In this document: piece by piece, positions 28,640 to 41,900 of the stretch
Numbering within the stretch: the stretch's first letter is position 1
Layout of the letters: every line of letters begins with the position of its first letter
Source of the DNA: the human T2T-CHM13v2.0 reference genome, Homo sapiens
Length of the DNA stretch: 64,000 bases
NCBI RefSeq assembly: GCF_009914755.1
Contig: NC_060937.1
Strand: one strand, 5' to 3'
Position numbers and translations under genes: made by a program
The notes under the pieces: generated by a model
What the model saw: the letters and a program-made list of their open reading frames with translations, nothing else
Told to the model about the DNA's origin: nothing
Databases searched by the model: none

Positions 28640-31600
28640 CTCCAGAGCCTATGCCATTAAGCTAGGACTCGATTCATCTCTAGGACTCGATTCTTTTACC
28701 AAAATAATTTTTCACCTTGTAGGCAAGTCTCAATGGAATTCCAGCATCATCAAGCAACCATTTGTAAAATGTCTGTCATTTTTGAAATACAGAAACAGAG
28801 CTTTGGGAAAATCTCCATATGCTTGTTGAAAGTTCATACTTCTGAAGAAATAAGTCTACCTTTGAATAATCCACATGATTTAATTTGCCCTTCTCCGGTA
28901 TGATTTTTCCACGTTTGATTATACTTTACATTGAGGAAATCAGTTTACACTTAACTTGTTTAGCATGTGCTAAATAGTAAATCATAACTGTAGAAGACAC
29001 TGTCTGGTATATTTCCCATGAATGAATAATATACACCAAAATATTGTTGGATTCTCATATGAAAAATTTCAAAAGTCAGTTTGACAACAGATAAAATATC
29101 CAGTATTCCAAGCATTCTTTTCCAAATGCTAAATGAAAGCAGAATGATTTGAGGGTAGTAGTAGCCAGAATAGGACTCAAGGAAGCAGCAGAAGATTGAG
29201 ATGGGTGATTTACAAATCTCAAATATATGTAGCAAAAATTGAGGCTTTAAACCTTCAATAAAAAAACAGTCATTCTGCGAAGTTTAAATAAGAACTTCAG
29301 TAAAAGATTGTTGTTCCCAAAACACACTTAAGGTGAGAAATGGATCTTCTCATGTCCTATAGAGTAAATGAGTTTTGTGTTTTACCAATAGTCATTCCAT
29401 TTGATCTTTTAGTGGCAACCTTTGTTCCATTTTCAATAAGTTCTTAATCTTTTACGATTTTTTTCTTTTTGAATTTTTCTGGGTTCATTTTATTCATGAA
29501 TTTATTTAAAAATCTATTAGAGAATTATAAGCTTCACTATTGATCTGTTAAAGACAAAAAAATAAAAAAGCCATTGATGCAATACAAGCAACTGTTTTCT
29601 CAAGCCAAAATTGATTGAGAGCGTCCCCTGTATAAAAATGAAATGCGTTTCTGTGGATGCACTGACGCTTCACCATCTGTCCAACATCTTAGATTTACTC
29701 TCCCAGATAACTGCATATTTCACCCAGCAGTCCCTAAAGAAACATCACTTTAAACAGGGCCACATGGAAAAATGCACTTCAATAACATTTGAAGGTCTTG
29801 CATTTAGCTGCAAGGGCCTCTAACCTAAATGACTGATGTGCCTAGAGAGAAGCTCCATTTGAAGTTATGGAAATGGGGAGGAGCAAATGCAAGGGATGGA
29901 ATGTATAAAAAACGAAATGATGGCAGTAAAAGACATAGGGATTTACAGATAAAGCCAAAAGATGCTGGCAGCCATCTATCTGTCTGCCTTGATGAAATAG
30001 GTATTGGAAATTAACTCAGGAACCCTATGAATTACATTCAATCCATGCTGTGGGCTAAGCACTTGTCAATTTCAGCTGCTATTGCAACCTATTACTTACA
30101 GACTACATGGCTGGCAAGTTAATAGCACTGGATAGTGTTAAAGAAAATAGGAGAATAAACTGAATGTAGCAAGGCTTGTCACTGACAGAGCATGCCTTTC
30201 TGAAGTCCAGGGTGAATACTCAGGGCCCTGACCTTCACTTGCTCCTAGGTGAGCACTTAACCTTACACATCATCATTTTGTCTATGAAGAAGAGTCTTCC
30301 TAAAGGATTAGTCAGCACACAGCCAGATACGTGGGGGCTTTTACTAGTGTTTTCAAGGCTTGTGAAACATTCTTGTAATTTAAGTATTTTTGAGTTGTCA
30401 ACTCTTTCAGTAGTCACATTCTGTCTAAAGTCAGGGAGATACCAGCACTGACCATTTAGTTTTACTTGCAAATATGACCAGTCTGTTGCTTCATATTATT
30501 TTTATTTTAGTCATAAGTTGACTCCCTGTTTACCAAGGCAACATGGAATTCTTACTCTTAAGAGATAAAATTAAGGGAGAGGATTTAGTTTACGTTACAA
30601 AACATGTATCTTTACTTCCCACAGACTCTAAATCTATGAGTGAATATCTTCAATCTTATCTCATAAAAACTAAGAAAGATGCATCAGTACAACAAAACAT
30701 TCCTTTAAGATGAGCTTCACCAGTGCTCCAGAACTGTATTGTATTTTTCAACTTATAAGCTTGTCTAACATTGAAATATTTTAATAAGCAAGCGCATTCA
30801 GAGTAAATGTCAGCCAGAGTGATCTTCTGACTAACAGATGCTAGTGGGTATAGAGGGGGGAGAGGGACGTAAAAGCACTGAAAAATCAAGCAAGGCCAAA
30901 TTAGAACAAATGTTTGTCAAGTAAAAAGGGCAACTCTTCATCTGATGGAAGGGATTTAATTAGAAAAGTCACAGAGAGAAGCTGTCTCAAAAGTACCGGT
31001 CCCATTCTCTTTAGATAAGCTAATGAACCTCATTGAACTTTGCAGAGAAATGCTGAACCAATAATACAAAGAAGAAATAATTCACAAAGTGTGCTGCTGT
31101 GCCTCTTACATTCAAGAGGGTCAATTGCTTATGCTACTCCAGGTCATAATAGAGAAGTGCTGTGGCAATTTACCTTCTGATTCTGTCTCTGAGTGGCCAA
31201 ATGGGTAAATGGATCCAAGGGAAATTGAATTTAAATATATCTCCCTTTTGTAACAATGAAATGAATTTTATTGTTAAGCAATAAATTATAAAATATGAAT
31301 CACATGTTCCATGTACAAAATCACCTACAAAATATATAATCTATGCAGATTGTAGCCTAATTCCATCTCAGTTAATATTCTTTCCCCCTACAGTAGCCAT
31401 AGCAAAAATGAATTAAAGGGCATTTTTTTTTGCATTAGTCAAGGGCATTTTGAATGCATAAAAGAATATTATAAGCAGAATTTTGTAAGTTACTGTGTAA
31501 GGAAGACACAAACCCCCTGGGAAATTGGATATGAAAAAATCTGAAATCATTTACAAAAATCACACTAAAAGAAAGAAGATTCTAAACTCTTTTGATTGTT

Positions 31601-32361
31601 TAATGCTTCAGTGCCTTTGTTTGTCAGTTTAATTTTCCTTACTGGTTAGCCTTTTGCAGATAATTCATGTCTAGTATTGAACTCCTTGAGAGAGTAATAA
31701 AGCACATATGGAAAAGAGTAGCATGTGGAGTTAAATTGCAAAGTGCTTATCATGTAGTATTTCGGATACAGGGTATTTACAAACTACCCTTAACAAAGTT
31801 TATCTTGTTATTCGACAGAAGCAAATGCAGTTGCAATAAGTTAAATATATTAATCAAATCCTATTAAATTAAATATATTAATCTAATCCACTTGACACCT
31901 CATGATAGAAACCTAGCAGAAACAAATAAACAAAATAACTTAGTGGTAATGTTAAAAATAAAAATCTTGAAATTAACAGGCACCATTCTCATTTTCAAAG
32001 GTATATAAAATCCACATAGACACAGATATTCACACCTACATACAAGCAGAAAGCCATGCACATGTCAAAAAATCCTGGTCAGAAAAAAAATTGAATATGT
32101 TAACTTTCACATTTTTCCATTGTTATGGAGAAGAAATCTTTATATTATTAAATTGTAACAGATTTGCTAACTTAAAGTCAGGGTGTATATAATATTTAAA
32201 CACATTCCTATCCTTATTTTGCCTTTGGTGGGGAGGAGGGTGTCAGAAGTAAGACTTATTATCAGATTCTATGATATCTACTTATCATTTAATCTTTGAT
32301 TCCATAGGTCTGATACATTCTGTTATAAAAGGTAATCACCCTTCAGGGAGAGCACCTAGAG

Positions 32362-32705
32362 CAGCAGTCCCCAACCTTTTTAGCACCTGGGACTTCTTTC
32401 ATGGAACATAATTTTTCCATTGACTATGGTAGGGCAGGGACGGTTTTGGGATGAAATTGTTCCACCTCAGATCATCAGGAATTAGTTAGATTCTCATAAG
32501 AAGCGCACAACCTAGATCCCTCATATGCTCAGTTCACAACAGGGTTCTTGCTCCTATGAGAATCTAATGTAGTTGCTGATCTGACAGAAGGCAGAGCTCA
32601 GGTGCTAATGCTGGGTCTCCCACTGTTCACCTCCTGCTGTGTAGCCCAGTTCTCAACAGGCCACAAAGAGGTACTTGTTCACTGCCCTGGGGTTGGGGAC
32701 CCCTG
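32362..32705 (+). mobile_element. MER1B hAT-Charlie MITE
   Basis: TIRs cagcagtccccaacc / ggttggggacccctg; 8-bp TSD acctagag/tcctagag; internal cctcagatcatcagg...gattctcataag. Confidence 0.95.
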
Positions 32706-32830
32706 TCCTAGAGTGAAAACTTGAGACACATTTTGTATCTATCTCCCAGACCCTGCTTAATTAAGCCTCTTATGGCTTTAATATCAGAAAACTACCCTAG
32801 TCTCAGGGAATTTCCTCCATCACTCTAACC

Positions 32831-33035
32831 CAGTAGTTCCCAATTTACTTATTTTGCCCCCTAGGGAATTTTACAGAGAGAGACTTTTTGTTGTCATAAC
32901 TAGGAGTAAAGTACTACTCATATCTAGTGTGTAGAGGCTGGGCATGCTGTTAAATATGTTACAGTGCATAGGATAGTCCATAAAAATGAATTATCTAGCC
33001 CAAATTGTCAATAGTGCTGAGTTTGAGAAACCATG
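32831..33035 (+). mobile_element. MER20 hAT-Charlie MITE
   Basis: attttgccccctaggg...tttgttgtcataact...tctagtgtgtagaggc...gaattatctagcccaaattgtcaatagtgctgagtttgagaaaccatg. Confidence 0.9.
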
Positions 33036-33130
33036 TACGATCTAACCCATGAATATGAGATGTTTTTCTGAACTTGGATTTTCCAGGACACCTCTGTAAT
33101 CACACATGCAATTGTTTCTGTGGCAGCCAA

Positions 33131-33224
33131 ATAGTTTTCTTCCAACTCATTTGCATGTGCTGCCTCTTTCTATCCTTATAGTTTTCTTCCAACTCATTTG
33201 CATGTGCTACCTCTTTCTATTCTT
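33131..33224. repeat. 47-bp tandem duplication, each copy carrying an ATTTGCAT octamer
   Basis: 33131-33177 vs 33178-33224, 2 mismatches; octamers at 33149-33156 and 33196-33203. Confidence 0.95.
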
Positions 33225-34519
33225 ACCAACAAGGCACATTTGAGCCTAGAGGTGTACTAGAACTCAGGAATCCACATGTACATTCCTTTGTGATAGCATG
33301 ACACCTTTTATTTAGAAATGCCAGTGTTATGAGGCATGGAAGAGGGGTGTGTCTGGGGAGTGGGGATTGGAGGCTGTGGGAACAAAGGCTGCCTATTTAT
33401 GTTCCTCCTCCTGGGATTCTTACAGAATTGTAGTGTGTCTCAAGGAAGTCCAATCAATAGCTATGCTGAGCCTCTCTTGCAGTATTATCCGCTCTCTTGA
33501 TAAGAGAGAAAATAAACGAAGATACTGAAAGCTGGAAAGCAAATTGGCTACCCCCTACTTCTGACTTAATGCAACATTTTTAGTAGATTTATCATTTGTG
33601 AAATAACTTACTTAGGTAACCACTTACTAAGAAGCCATTCTGTATAAAGAAAAGGCTATTCTAATAATTATTATATCTACAAACCAATCAGGTCAGCAAA
33701 GGAAAAAAATTGGACCTTAATTTAAACCCGAGAACAGATTTGCTCTTTGATAGAGGCTGTTCTTGCACTTTTATATATAATCTTTTTTTCAATTCATAAC
33801 TAAATATAATCATGAAATAGTTCACTGGATCTTCATGTTAGAAGGTGACTTAAAGACCACCTAATCAAACCTTCTAAGTAGTGAATAGTGAGTAATTTTT
33901 TTAAAAAATGATTTCTGATATATGTACAGCAAGTCTTACCAGAAATTTCCAAGGATAGGTGTACACTCAAGATTAAATGAATCTTGGCAAGAGAAAAAAC
34001 TTGAGTTGGTAATTTGTCTAACCACTATCGAATTTTTAAAATCTCTCTGCAGTATCTTCGACATTATCTTTCAGCCATTCCTTAATTCAAAAAATATTAT
34101 TTCAATGTGATTGTATTAATTTATTTGCGACGCCTTTGATTGTACTTTTAAGACATAGTATATAAGTGTTATCCTGTTTCAAACATTCAAGTGTTAGATT
34201 CTGGTAATGCAATAGTAGAATAAAGTTAGAATAATTCTTTCCCTCATGGAATATTATACTTAAATGGGAGAGATACACTTTATAAATATGAAACAATAGC
34301 TGGGTTGTTGTATCATGAAGGAAAAGTACAAGTAACTGATATTTTAAGGAAGACTTTCTTGAGGAAGTGATTATTGAGATCCAATAAAAGGAAACTTATA
34401 CCTGACTACCCATATTTACCTGTAGCAATTGTCTAATATTAAGCTGGTACCTCTTTTTTGACTGTGACTTTATAGTTCAATAGAAAAAAAGCTTAAACTT
34501 GTTAAAAATCGTTTCTACA

Positions 34520-34720
34520 CTTTATTCATCCCTTAAATGCCAGTCACCAGGCTAATAACTTTATATACAATTATCTAATTCTATCTTCCCAACAACTTTA
34601 GAGATATTTATTGTTTTCCTCTTGTAAAAACACAGACACTTAAATTCAGATAAGCTAAATCCCTCTTCAAGTTCACATTGCTTATAAATCAGTAAGCGAG
34701 GAGTGAAACTGCATCCTCTA
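34520..34720 (-). mobile_element. MIR fragment
   Basis: atctaattctatcttcccaacaactttagagat...aaattcagataagctaaat...aagttcacattgcttataaat. Confidence 0.55.
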
Positions 34721-34744
34721 AGGCCACACACTGGATTACAGTTT

Positions 34745-35100
34745 TTGAAAGCAGCTGTAATATCTACTTGTCACCTTTCTCTGTCCAAACTAAACTCCCC
34801 TGGTTCCATTTTACTATTCTTCATCTCACTGGTTTTTATAACCTTACCATCCTCATGTTTCTTCTCTTTTCTCATTTAAACAATATTTCAAGTTGATTGC
34901 AAACTCTAGATATAGTTCAACAATCATAGTATAAATTGAATGAATGTTGCTCTTTTTCTAGATATTATATTGCTTATAAGTCATAATTCCGATCATTTTT
35001 AGATTATTCAAATTTTGAATCAGATTAAATTTCATGCCCATTGAAATTTTTGTCCTGTTTTGAATACACTATGATACTAAACTGTGTCTCTCCCTTATAC
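34745..35100 (-). mobile_element. L3/CR1 fragment
   Basis: ttctctgtccaaactaaactcccctggttcc...ccttaccatcctcatg resembles antisense L3 3' region. Confidence 0.5.
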
Positions 35101-35264
35101 ATTTGTATTACTTCACAAGACAGCTATTTGATAATAGAACACTTAAAATTTATATAAAGATTTTTCCTATATTGGGAAAAGTATATGTACTCATACCACC
35201 CATTGATTCTACTTCTCTTTAGAGTAGAATAAAAAATACCTGTCCATGTGGCCACTTGTCGCTG

Positions 35265-35495
35265 AGGATAATAGGAGCTAGCATGTTTAAAGCACTGTAA
35301 TAGGTACTTTCTTTGAATTACCTCATTTTATCTTTCACTAGGTGTTAGGAACTATGTAGTATTTCCATGAAATAACTGAAACTTCAGGAGATTCTGTAAC
35401 TATGTAAGGTCCCACAAATAGTAAATGTTAGAGTGAGATGGGATTAAAAATGCCGCCTATAACTCACTAAAAACCCTATAAATAGAACTACTATG
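35265..35495 (-). mobile_element. MIR fragment
   Basis: aataggagctagcatgtttaaagcactg...aactgaaacttcaggaga...taactatgtaaggtcccacaaatagtaaatgttagag. Confidence 0.7.
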
Positions 35496-35509
35496 CCTAT
35501 CCTTATTCT

Positions 35510-37500
35510 CCATTCTTTCATCTGTTCATTAAGCATTTAGTGAATATAAGAAGGAAAAATAAGCCACAATATATACTCTCCATATCTTGTATTGAAGTAA
35601 TCAAACTGCAGAGCAGAAATAGAATATGAAATATTGTATTTCATATTATATTGTCATGCAAGGTATTAGTGGTAGTATTCAACACTGGGGTAGAATCAAG
35701 ATACTTGCCTCCCTGCATAAGGTATCTTCTGAATTGGATTTTGAAAGATGAATGAAAGCCACCTCCGAAATAGAGGGTTGGGATACATGCACAGTCTAGA
35801 GTAGATGTATCCTTTTTGTAAATGGTCTTTGTTCAATATTGGAAAGTCATTGAATAAAAAGAAGTGCAATTGAAGAAGTAAACAGATGCCAAGGTCATAA
35901 AATACCATATATGCCATGCTAAGGAGTTTGACTTTATCATGAAAGCTATGGGAGTCATTATAAGACTTCCAAGCAGGGAAAATACATGATTAGATTTGCG
36001 TTTTCAAAAGCTCACTCTGGCAGCGTGTAAATAATGGATTAAAGGAAAGTAAAACTAGAAGGAAGGAATCCAGCTAGGAGGCTGTTATACAAATCCAAAC
36101 GTGAGAAGGTGAGGGTCTAAACTAAGGTAGCAACAGTGAGAATATTAAAACTAGGTGGATTCATAATGCAAGTGATAGTTTGTAGACAGAATCAACATGA
36201 TTTGTTGGCTAGATAAAGGAAGTAAGGAACTAGGGAAATTCAACCTGTTTCCTGGATTGTGTACTGTTATCAACTGAAAATAGCCAGAGGCAAAAAGAAA
36301 CAGATTTAGAGCAGGGAAATGAGGTTGTTTTTGAACAGTTTGCTACATTGCCTGTGAGACATTGTATTAGTCCATTCTCACGCTGCTAATAAAGACATAC
36401 CCGACTGGATAATTTATAAAGGAAAGAGGTTTAATTGACTCACAGTTCTGTAGGGCTGGGGAGGCCTCAGGCAACTTACAATCATGGTGGAAGGGGAAGC
36501 AAACAAGTCTTCCTTCACATGGTGTCAGCCAGGAGAAGTGCCAAGCAAAAGGGGGAAAAGCCCTTTACAAAACCATCAAATCTCATGAGAACTCACTCAC
36601 TATCATGAGAACAGCAGCATGGGGGTAACCACCACCATGACTCAATTACCTCCCACTGACTGCCACCCATGACATGGGGGGATTATGAGAACTACAATTC
36701 AAGATGAGATGAGATTTGGGTGGGGACACCGCCAAACCATATCAGATATCTAAGTGAATCTGCTGGGAGGCAAAGGGTGCTGGCCTATAGCTCAAATTGA
36801 CCTTGCGAGTGATCAACTTACAGGTGGTGAATAAAGTCATTACTGTGGATAAGAATGCTTACCCTAAGTATATCAAGTGATAAGAGACTGCTAAGTACAC
36901 ATGTAAGGGGAACACTACATATAAAGGACATGGGATTCCAGAAAAGTAGGAAGAAAAGCTGTAATGTATTCAGTCACCAAAATCAAAAATGCAAAGCAAC
37001 TCAAGACAAAAAGAAAAAGGAAAAAGAATAGAAAAGAAAACAAACTCAATTGATGCCGAAGACAATGGAGATGTTAAGATAAAGTCCAAAAAGTCTTCTT
37101 GACTGGAATTTTCTAATAGGAACAAAGAGGGTACTTTCGAAGAACCATGGGGTAAATGAGAAGTAAATGTAGCAAATAAATTTAGCAAATTATTTCCAAA
37201 CACTTATCTGTAGAAACATGTTAGCTGGCCAGGGGGAAATTGTACAGCAAAATTGGTTAGCTGACGCTTCTTTGCTTTTCTTGTTTTGTTTTGCTTTGGA
37301 ATCATAATAGGTAAGAAGGAATTTAGATGGATGAAAGTAAGAAAGCACTTATGGTGTTGGTTGAGGCGTTAAAGAGTTCTACACTTACGTCTATTTTTTC
37401 CTGTGAAGACATTGGAGGTATCTGCCTCTTGAGAGTGAGGGTTTTTGGTTATCAGGGAGAGAAATGCCAAATATTTGAAACAGCCTCTGGAGGAAAAAGG
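35510..37500 (-). mobile_element. L2 LINE (interrupted by THE1 LTR)
   Basis: ttcattaagcatttagtgaat tail; ccatgctaaggagtttgactttatc...gattagatttgcgttttcaaaagctcactctggcag. Confidence 0.75.
36363..36744 (-). mobile_element. THE1B/C solo LTR
   Basis: tgtattagtccattctcacgctgctaataaagacatacc...ccaaaccatatca; TSD gacat/gatat. Confidence 0.95.
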
Positions 37501-37749
37501 TTCCCTGGGATTGTTGCAAAGACTTTCTGGTTGAGATTAGAGACCAGGAGTTGATACTGACCCAAATTCACACTTTTAGGAAGGATTTCAAATAATCCTT
37601 AGCAATATCCATCAGAGAAAAGTTACCATGGAGGCAGAAGTTTAGGTTGATTGAAAAATGGGCTCCTGGAAGTGAAGGCGGGGTGGAGTAGGAGTTGATG
37701 GGGTGGATGAAAGATGGGGGATGCTAAGAAGAAAAATGGCTGAAGGGAC

Positions 37750-37870
37750 TATTTAATTCATTCAACAAATATGGATTGAAAACTACATGTATGCTTTATA
37801 TATATATGAAAGGCTAGGCATTGCAGATATAATTCTGAACAAGGTAGATACAGTCTCTGCTCTTATAGGA
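37750..37870 (-). mobile_element. L2 3' tail
   Basis: ttcattcaacaaatatggattga...ctaggcattgcagatata...gaacaag...tctctgctcttataggag. Confidence 0.7.
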
Positions 37871-38527
37871 GATTTTAGTTACTGGACCTTGAAGTCTAGT
37901 ATACAGAGAGAAGACCATATACTTAATCCTCTAATGCTAGGCTGCATTTATCACCCAACCAGTATGAACAATATCACATATTTAAACTTTAATGTATCTT
38001 CATTATTGAACTTCTCAGTTTTGAAAAATATATTTTAATTCATAACCACAAAAATAAAGATTATCAACTTATAATATTTTTCATCTCAACTCCATTCTTT
38101 AATGTTAGTAATTTATATTATAATTTCTGCATTTTCCCTGATTATCATGTTTATATTATCTTCAGAATCATCATTTCTATAAATGTGGGAGGCTTTCTCA
38201 GGTTTCTAACATATTCACAAGAGGTTATTGTCTCTCCATAGAGTAATCTACTTCCTTTGGGTGGCTCTGTGACATGAGAATTCTGTATAAGATCAGTGGC
38301 TACAAGACAGAAAGAGAAAGTGAGGGAAGTTCTTCACTGTAAGATAAGAGTGTCCCTCACATTTTCTGTTTTGATTTTTAGATAGCCCAAGAAAGGATAC
38401 AAGGCAAATGTTTCTTTAATTTTCTATCTTTAAAATTCAAGATTCCTTAATCCGAATGCCATTTAAAACCCTTTGAGAAAAAAAAAGCTGGGATCTAAGT
38501 TAATAAATCAAAGTAGTAGATAGAAGG

Positions 38528-38959
38528 TGTTCCACAGTGAGCAGGTCTATGCAAACCTACCTGCAAAAGGCTGAGGGAGCTGAGAGGCCAAAGAAAGAGG
38601 CTAACAAATCCCATTTCTCAGAAGGAAACATAAAATAGGGGCTTTAAAATAGAAGCTATGTCTCAGGTAGCCACCAGATGGTGAAACCTGGCACCTGCCC
38701 TCCAGAAAGTATTCTTTATATAGCAAGTTTTTAAGGTAAAACATGTGCAGCTGGTGAGGTATTCAGGCTTTCATGCCAAGATTTGTGACCATTTGGGAGG
38801 TTAAGTAAGCATCTTTATGAGGGTTTATCTATGCTACAGGCATTGTTTAAAGACCTTACTGCAGAACACATTGGTGTGTGGGGGTCAAAACACAGTCATC
38901 ACGGCAGTTTTGCTTCAAGATGGTGCCACTCTTGCCAGGCAACAGGCTATTTTTCTATA
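38528..38959 (-). mobile_element. LTR47-like solo LTR
   Basis: tgttccacagtgagcaggtctatgcaaacctacc...ttgcttcaagatggtgccactcttgcc...aacaggct; 5-bp TSD gaagg at 38523-38527 and 38960-38964. Confidence 0.85.
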
Positions 38960-41900
38960 GAAGGTAATATATGAAGCTTCAACCCAATGCTTAAAAATAT
39001 CAGTTCAGAGGCAAACTTTTGTTTGACTATAACAATGTTATTAAATTACTGGGTTTTCTCCGGATTTTTCCATTAACAATTTACAGGAAAATTTTCATTT
39101 TACAAATACTTGTAAAATCACCAGGCAAGTAAAAATTGTGTTATCTCTAACTCTCTAACTGGGGTAGCAATTTTTGACTGAAAATGAAAAAAAATACAGA
39201 TGTTGTTTTACACAAAGGGAGAAATGATTAATCTAGAAATTCAGAGTATTTCAATAATTTTATTGTTTAGTTTTTTTTTTTAACCTGGTTTACTCAGTAT
39301 TTTTTATTGAATTTTTGGTCTAGGACCTCAGTTTCCTCAATTGAAAAAGAAAACAATTATCACTGCAACTTGTAACAGCCAACTTTCTTATCTTATAATT
39401 TAGTAAGGCATTTACATTAAGAGTGCAGTAATAAGGGCATGAAAAAAGTGCTTTGGCAATAGAGGAAGGAAGCAGAAATTCTGATTAGAAGAACATGAAC
39501 ACCGTCTAAAAATCTAACCTCAAAGCTCAGTGAGAAAAGATGGTTAGGGATCCCATAGCCTCCAGGAGCCTAGAATTGTTAGGGGAAGTATTAGGGTCTA
39601 CTGAAGAGATTTGTGTTTTGGTTCAGAAAACACTGTCACATAACATATTATCACAACAGACATGACTTGCTGGTATCTCTGCCCTTTTACATACAGAAGC
39701 TGATTTCTGTACACTTTTATTCTTTATCCTTTTCTGTTACTTAATAGTGAAGCTCTGGCCAAAATAAACATGCAAAAAATTTAATTTCTGTCTTATTTTC
39801 ATGCTGTTTTATGTAATCATATATTTGCACTTTGCACATATATTTATATACTTTTATAAGATTTTGTACATTTGCGAGGACATTTTAGAGACCAAGAAGA
39901 TGTTGTCATTATGCACACTTCTGTCATTATCGTCATTCCTCAATATGTCCAATTGGTATTAGCTAATTATTCTTGAAGTGTGCATGTAATGCTCATTCTC
40001 TCCTTCTCTCTCTTTCTCCCACCCCCCATACCATGTATTTCATACCACATATGTCACAGACCCAAACCCATCAACAAACAAGTTGAATAAATTGTTTACA
40101 CAGGTAGAATTTGTTGTTTATTCTTTTGTTCTTATCACAGGTTTCAGTGTTCATATTTCCTATTTATTGGTACTCTCAGAAAAATATTCCATATTTAAGA
40201 CATTAATAACATGTTGAAAAGATGGAACAGTCTTACTAATAAAGATCTCCAGCCAAGTCAATCACAAATGGAATAAGAATAATTGTACATTCCATCTGCT
40301 AGATTACAGTCACTTATCTTCTTGAGCATTACATTATTAATTGCTCTTGGAAATCTTTCATTAAAGGTATTACAGAAAGACATCTATTTATTATCTAGGT
40401 TTAGGTGGAGAATCCATTTGTAATTCAGCTGTTGATATGTAGCACGTGTTCTGAGGAACTAAAATGGCTATTATATAGAAATGGAGTGTTATTTCATATC
40501 AAAGACATCAAAAGAAACATCACTGGAAGTAGTATTCATACATAGGCATGAGAATGGCCAATTATGACGACTAGAAAAGAAATCTTTCAGCCAGTATGCC
40601 AGGAACACCTGGCTGTGCCATATCTTCAGGGAGAAAGTCAATACCAATGATAATGTCTTTTAATTTTTCAATACATTACAATTTATAATAGATCTGTTAG
40701 TATTTTAGTAGATTACTCAGGGCAGTATTTATAAAGTAAGTTAGTTTGAGCTACAAAGATAAAATACTAAATAAAATAGTCAACCATTAGTAGGATAAAA
40801 AATATTTCTTATAGTGAAACTAGGTAATTGGTATTTAGATAATTTGAAACTTTGCATTAAAATTCACAAAAAAAGTTTAACAAAGTACACATTAAAAATC
40901 AGTCTTGTTAAAATCTTGAATCAGAAGACTCCAGACCTGTTTTAAAGAACTTCATATGGGCTATTAAGGGTTTTGTTTTTAAAAACAATGTGGTCACTGC
41001 TAGTTTTACCAGACACAACACAATTTAAATTAGTTGAGGTAGGCCAATTACGTTCTATAGTAATATCTCAGTAAATGCTAATGATATTAATTATCATCTT
41101 CATTATCTTCATTTCCTAGCCATAGCGTACATATCAGTTGTCTATTACATTGTTATTTATTGTTAAGCTCTTAGTTATACCTCATCACACCTGAACAGAG
41201 CTTTTCTTGACTTCATTTATCATATGAGTTATTGGCGAAGTCATATAAACTATCTTTTCTTCACAGAAAATGAGAGGGAAGAGCATTTTCTCTGCTTTGC
41301 CACTAATTGTTTTACATAGAAACTTTACTTACATATATAAAAGTAATAAACAATGGAAAATAAATGTGATGTCACTAACATAATTATTTTACCTTTAATG
41401 GCTAATAATTTGAAAGAGCTAGAAAAAAAATTTATGTTTGACCATGTGGATTCATTTGTGTATTAAAAATCAGTTACTGTTATTAAGCATGCAAACACAC
41501 GAACACACACACACACACACACCAAATATAACTATCACATTATTTTTTTTCAGATTTTGTAAGGTTGCTGTATAAAACTGCACCTTTTTTGAGTAACAGA
41601 AAAAGAGCTTTTTTTCTAGTGTTATTATTTGATTCTCCTTTTCCTCAATGTAAAAAAAAATGAAACTAATGATGCTTTATTACTTACATTGAAGAAATAC
41701 TGAGGATGAATTAGATGTGCATGAAGTTGTCTGAGCTCTTTGAAAAGACGGCAATAATAAGTAATATTAAAATGAGTAAAACAAAATCATATATAATATG
41801 CATATATTAAATATATGCATATAGATTCTGTTTCTGTTTACATGTGTATCTATATTAAATTCATAATTATATAAAGACATATATTAATTTTGCCACATAC

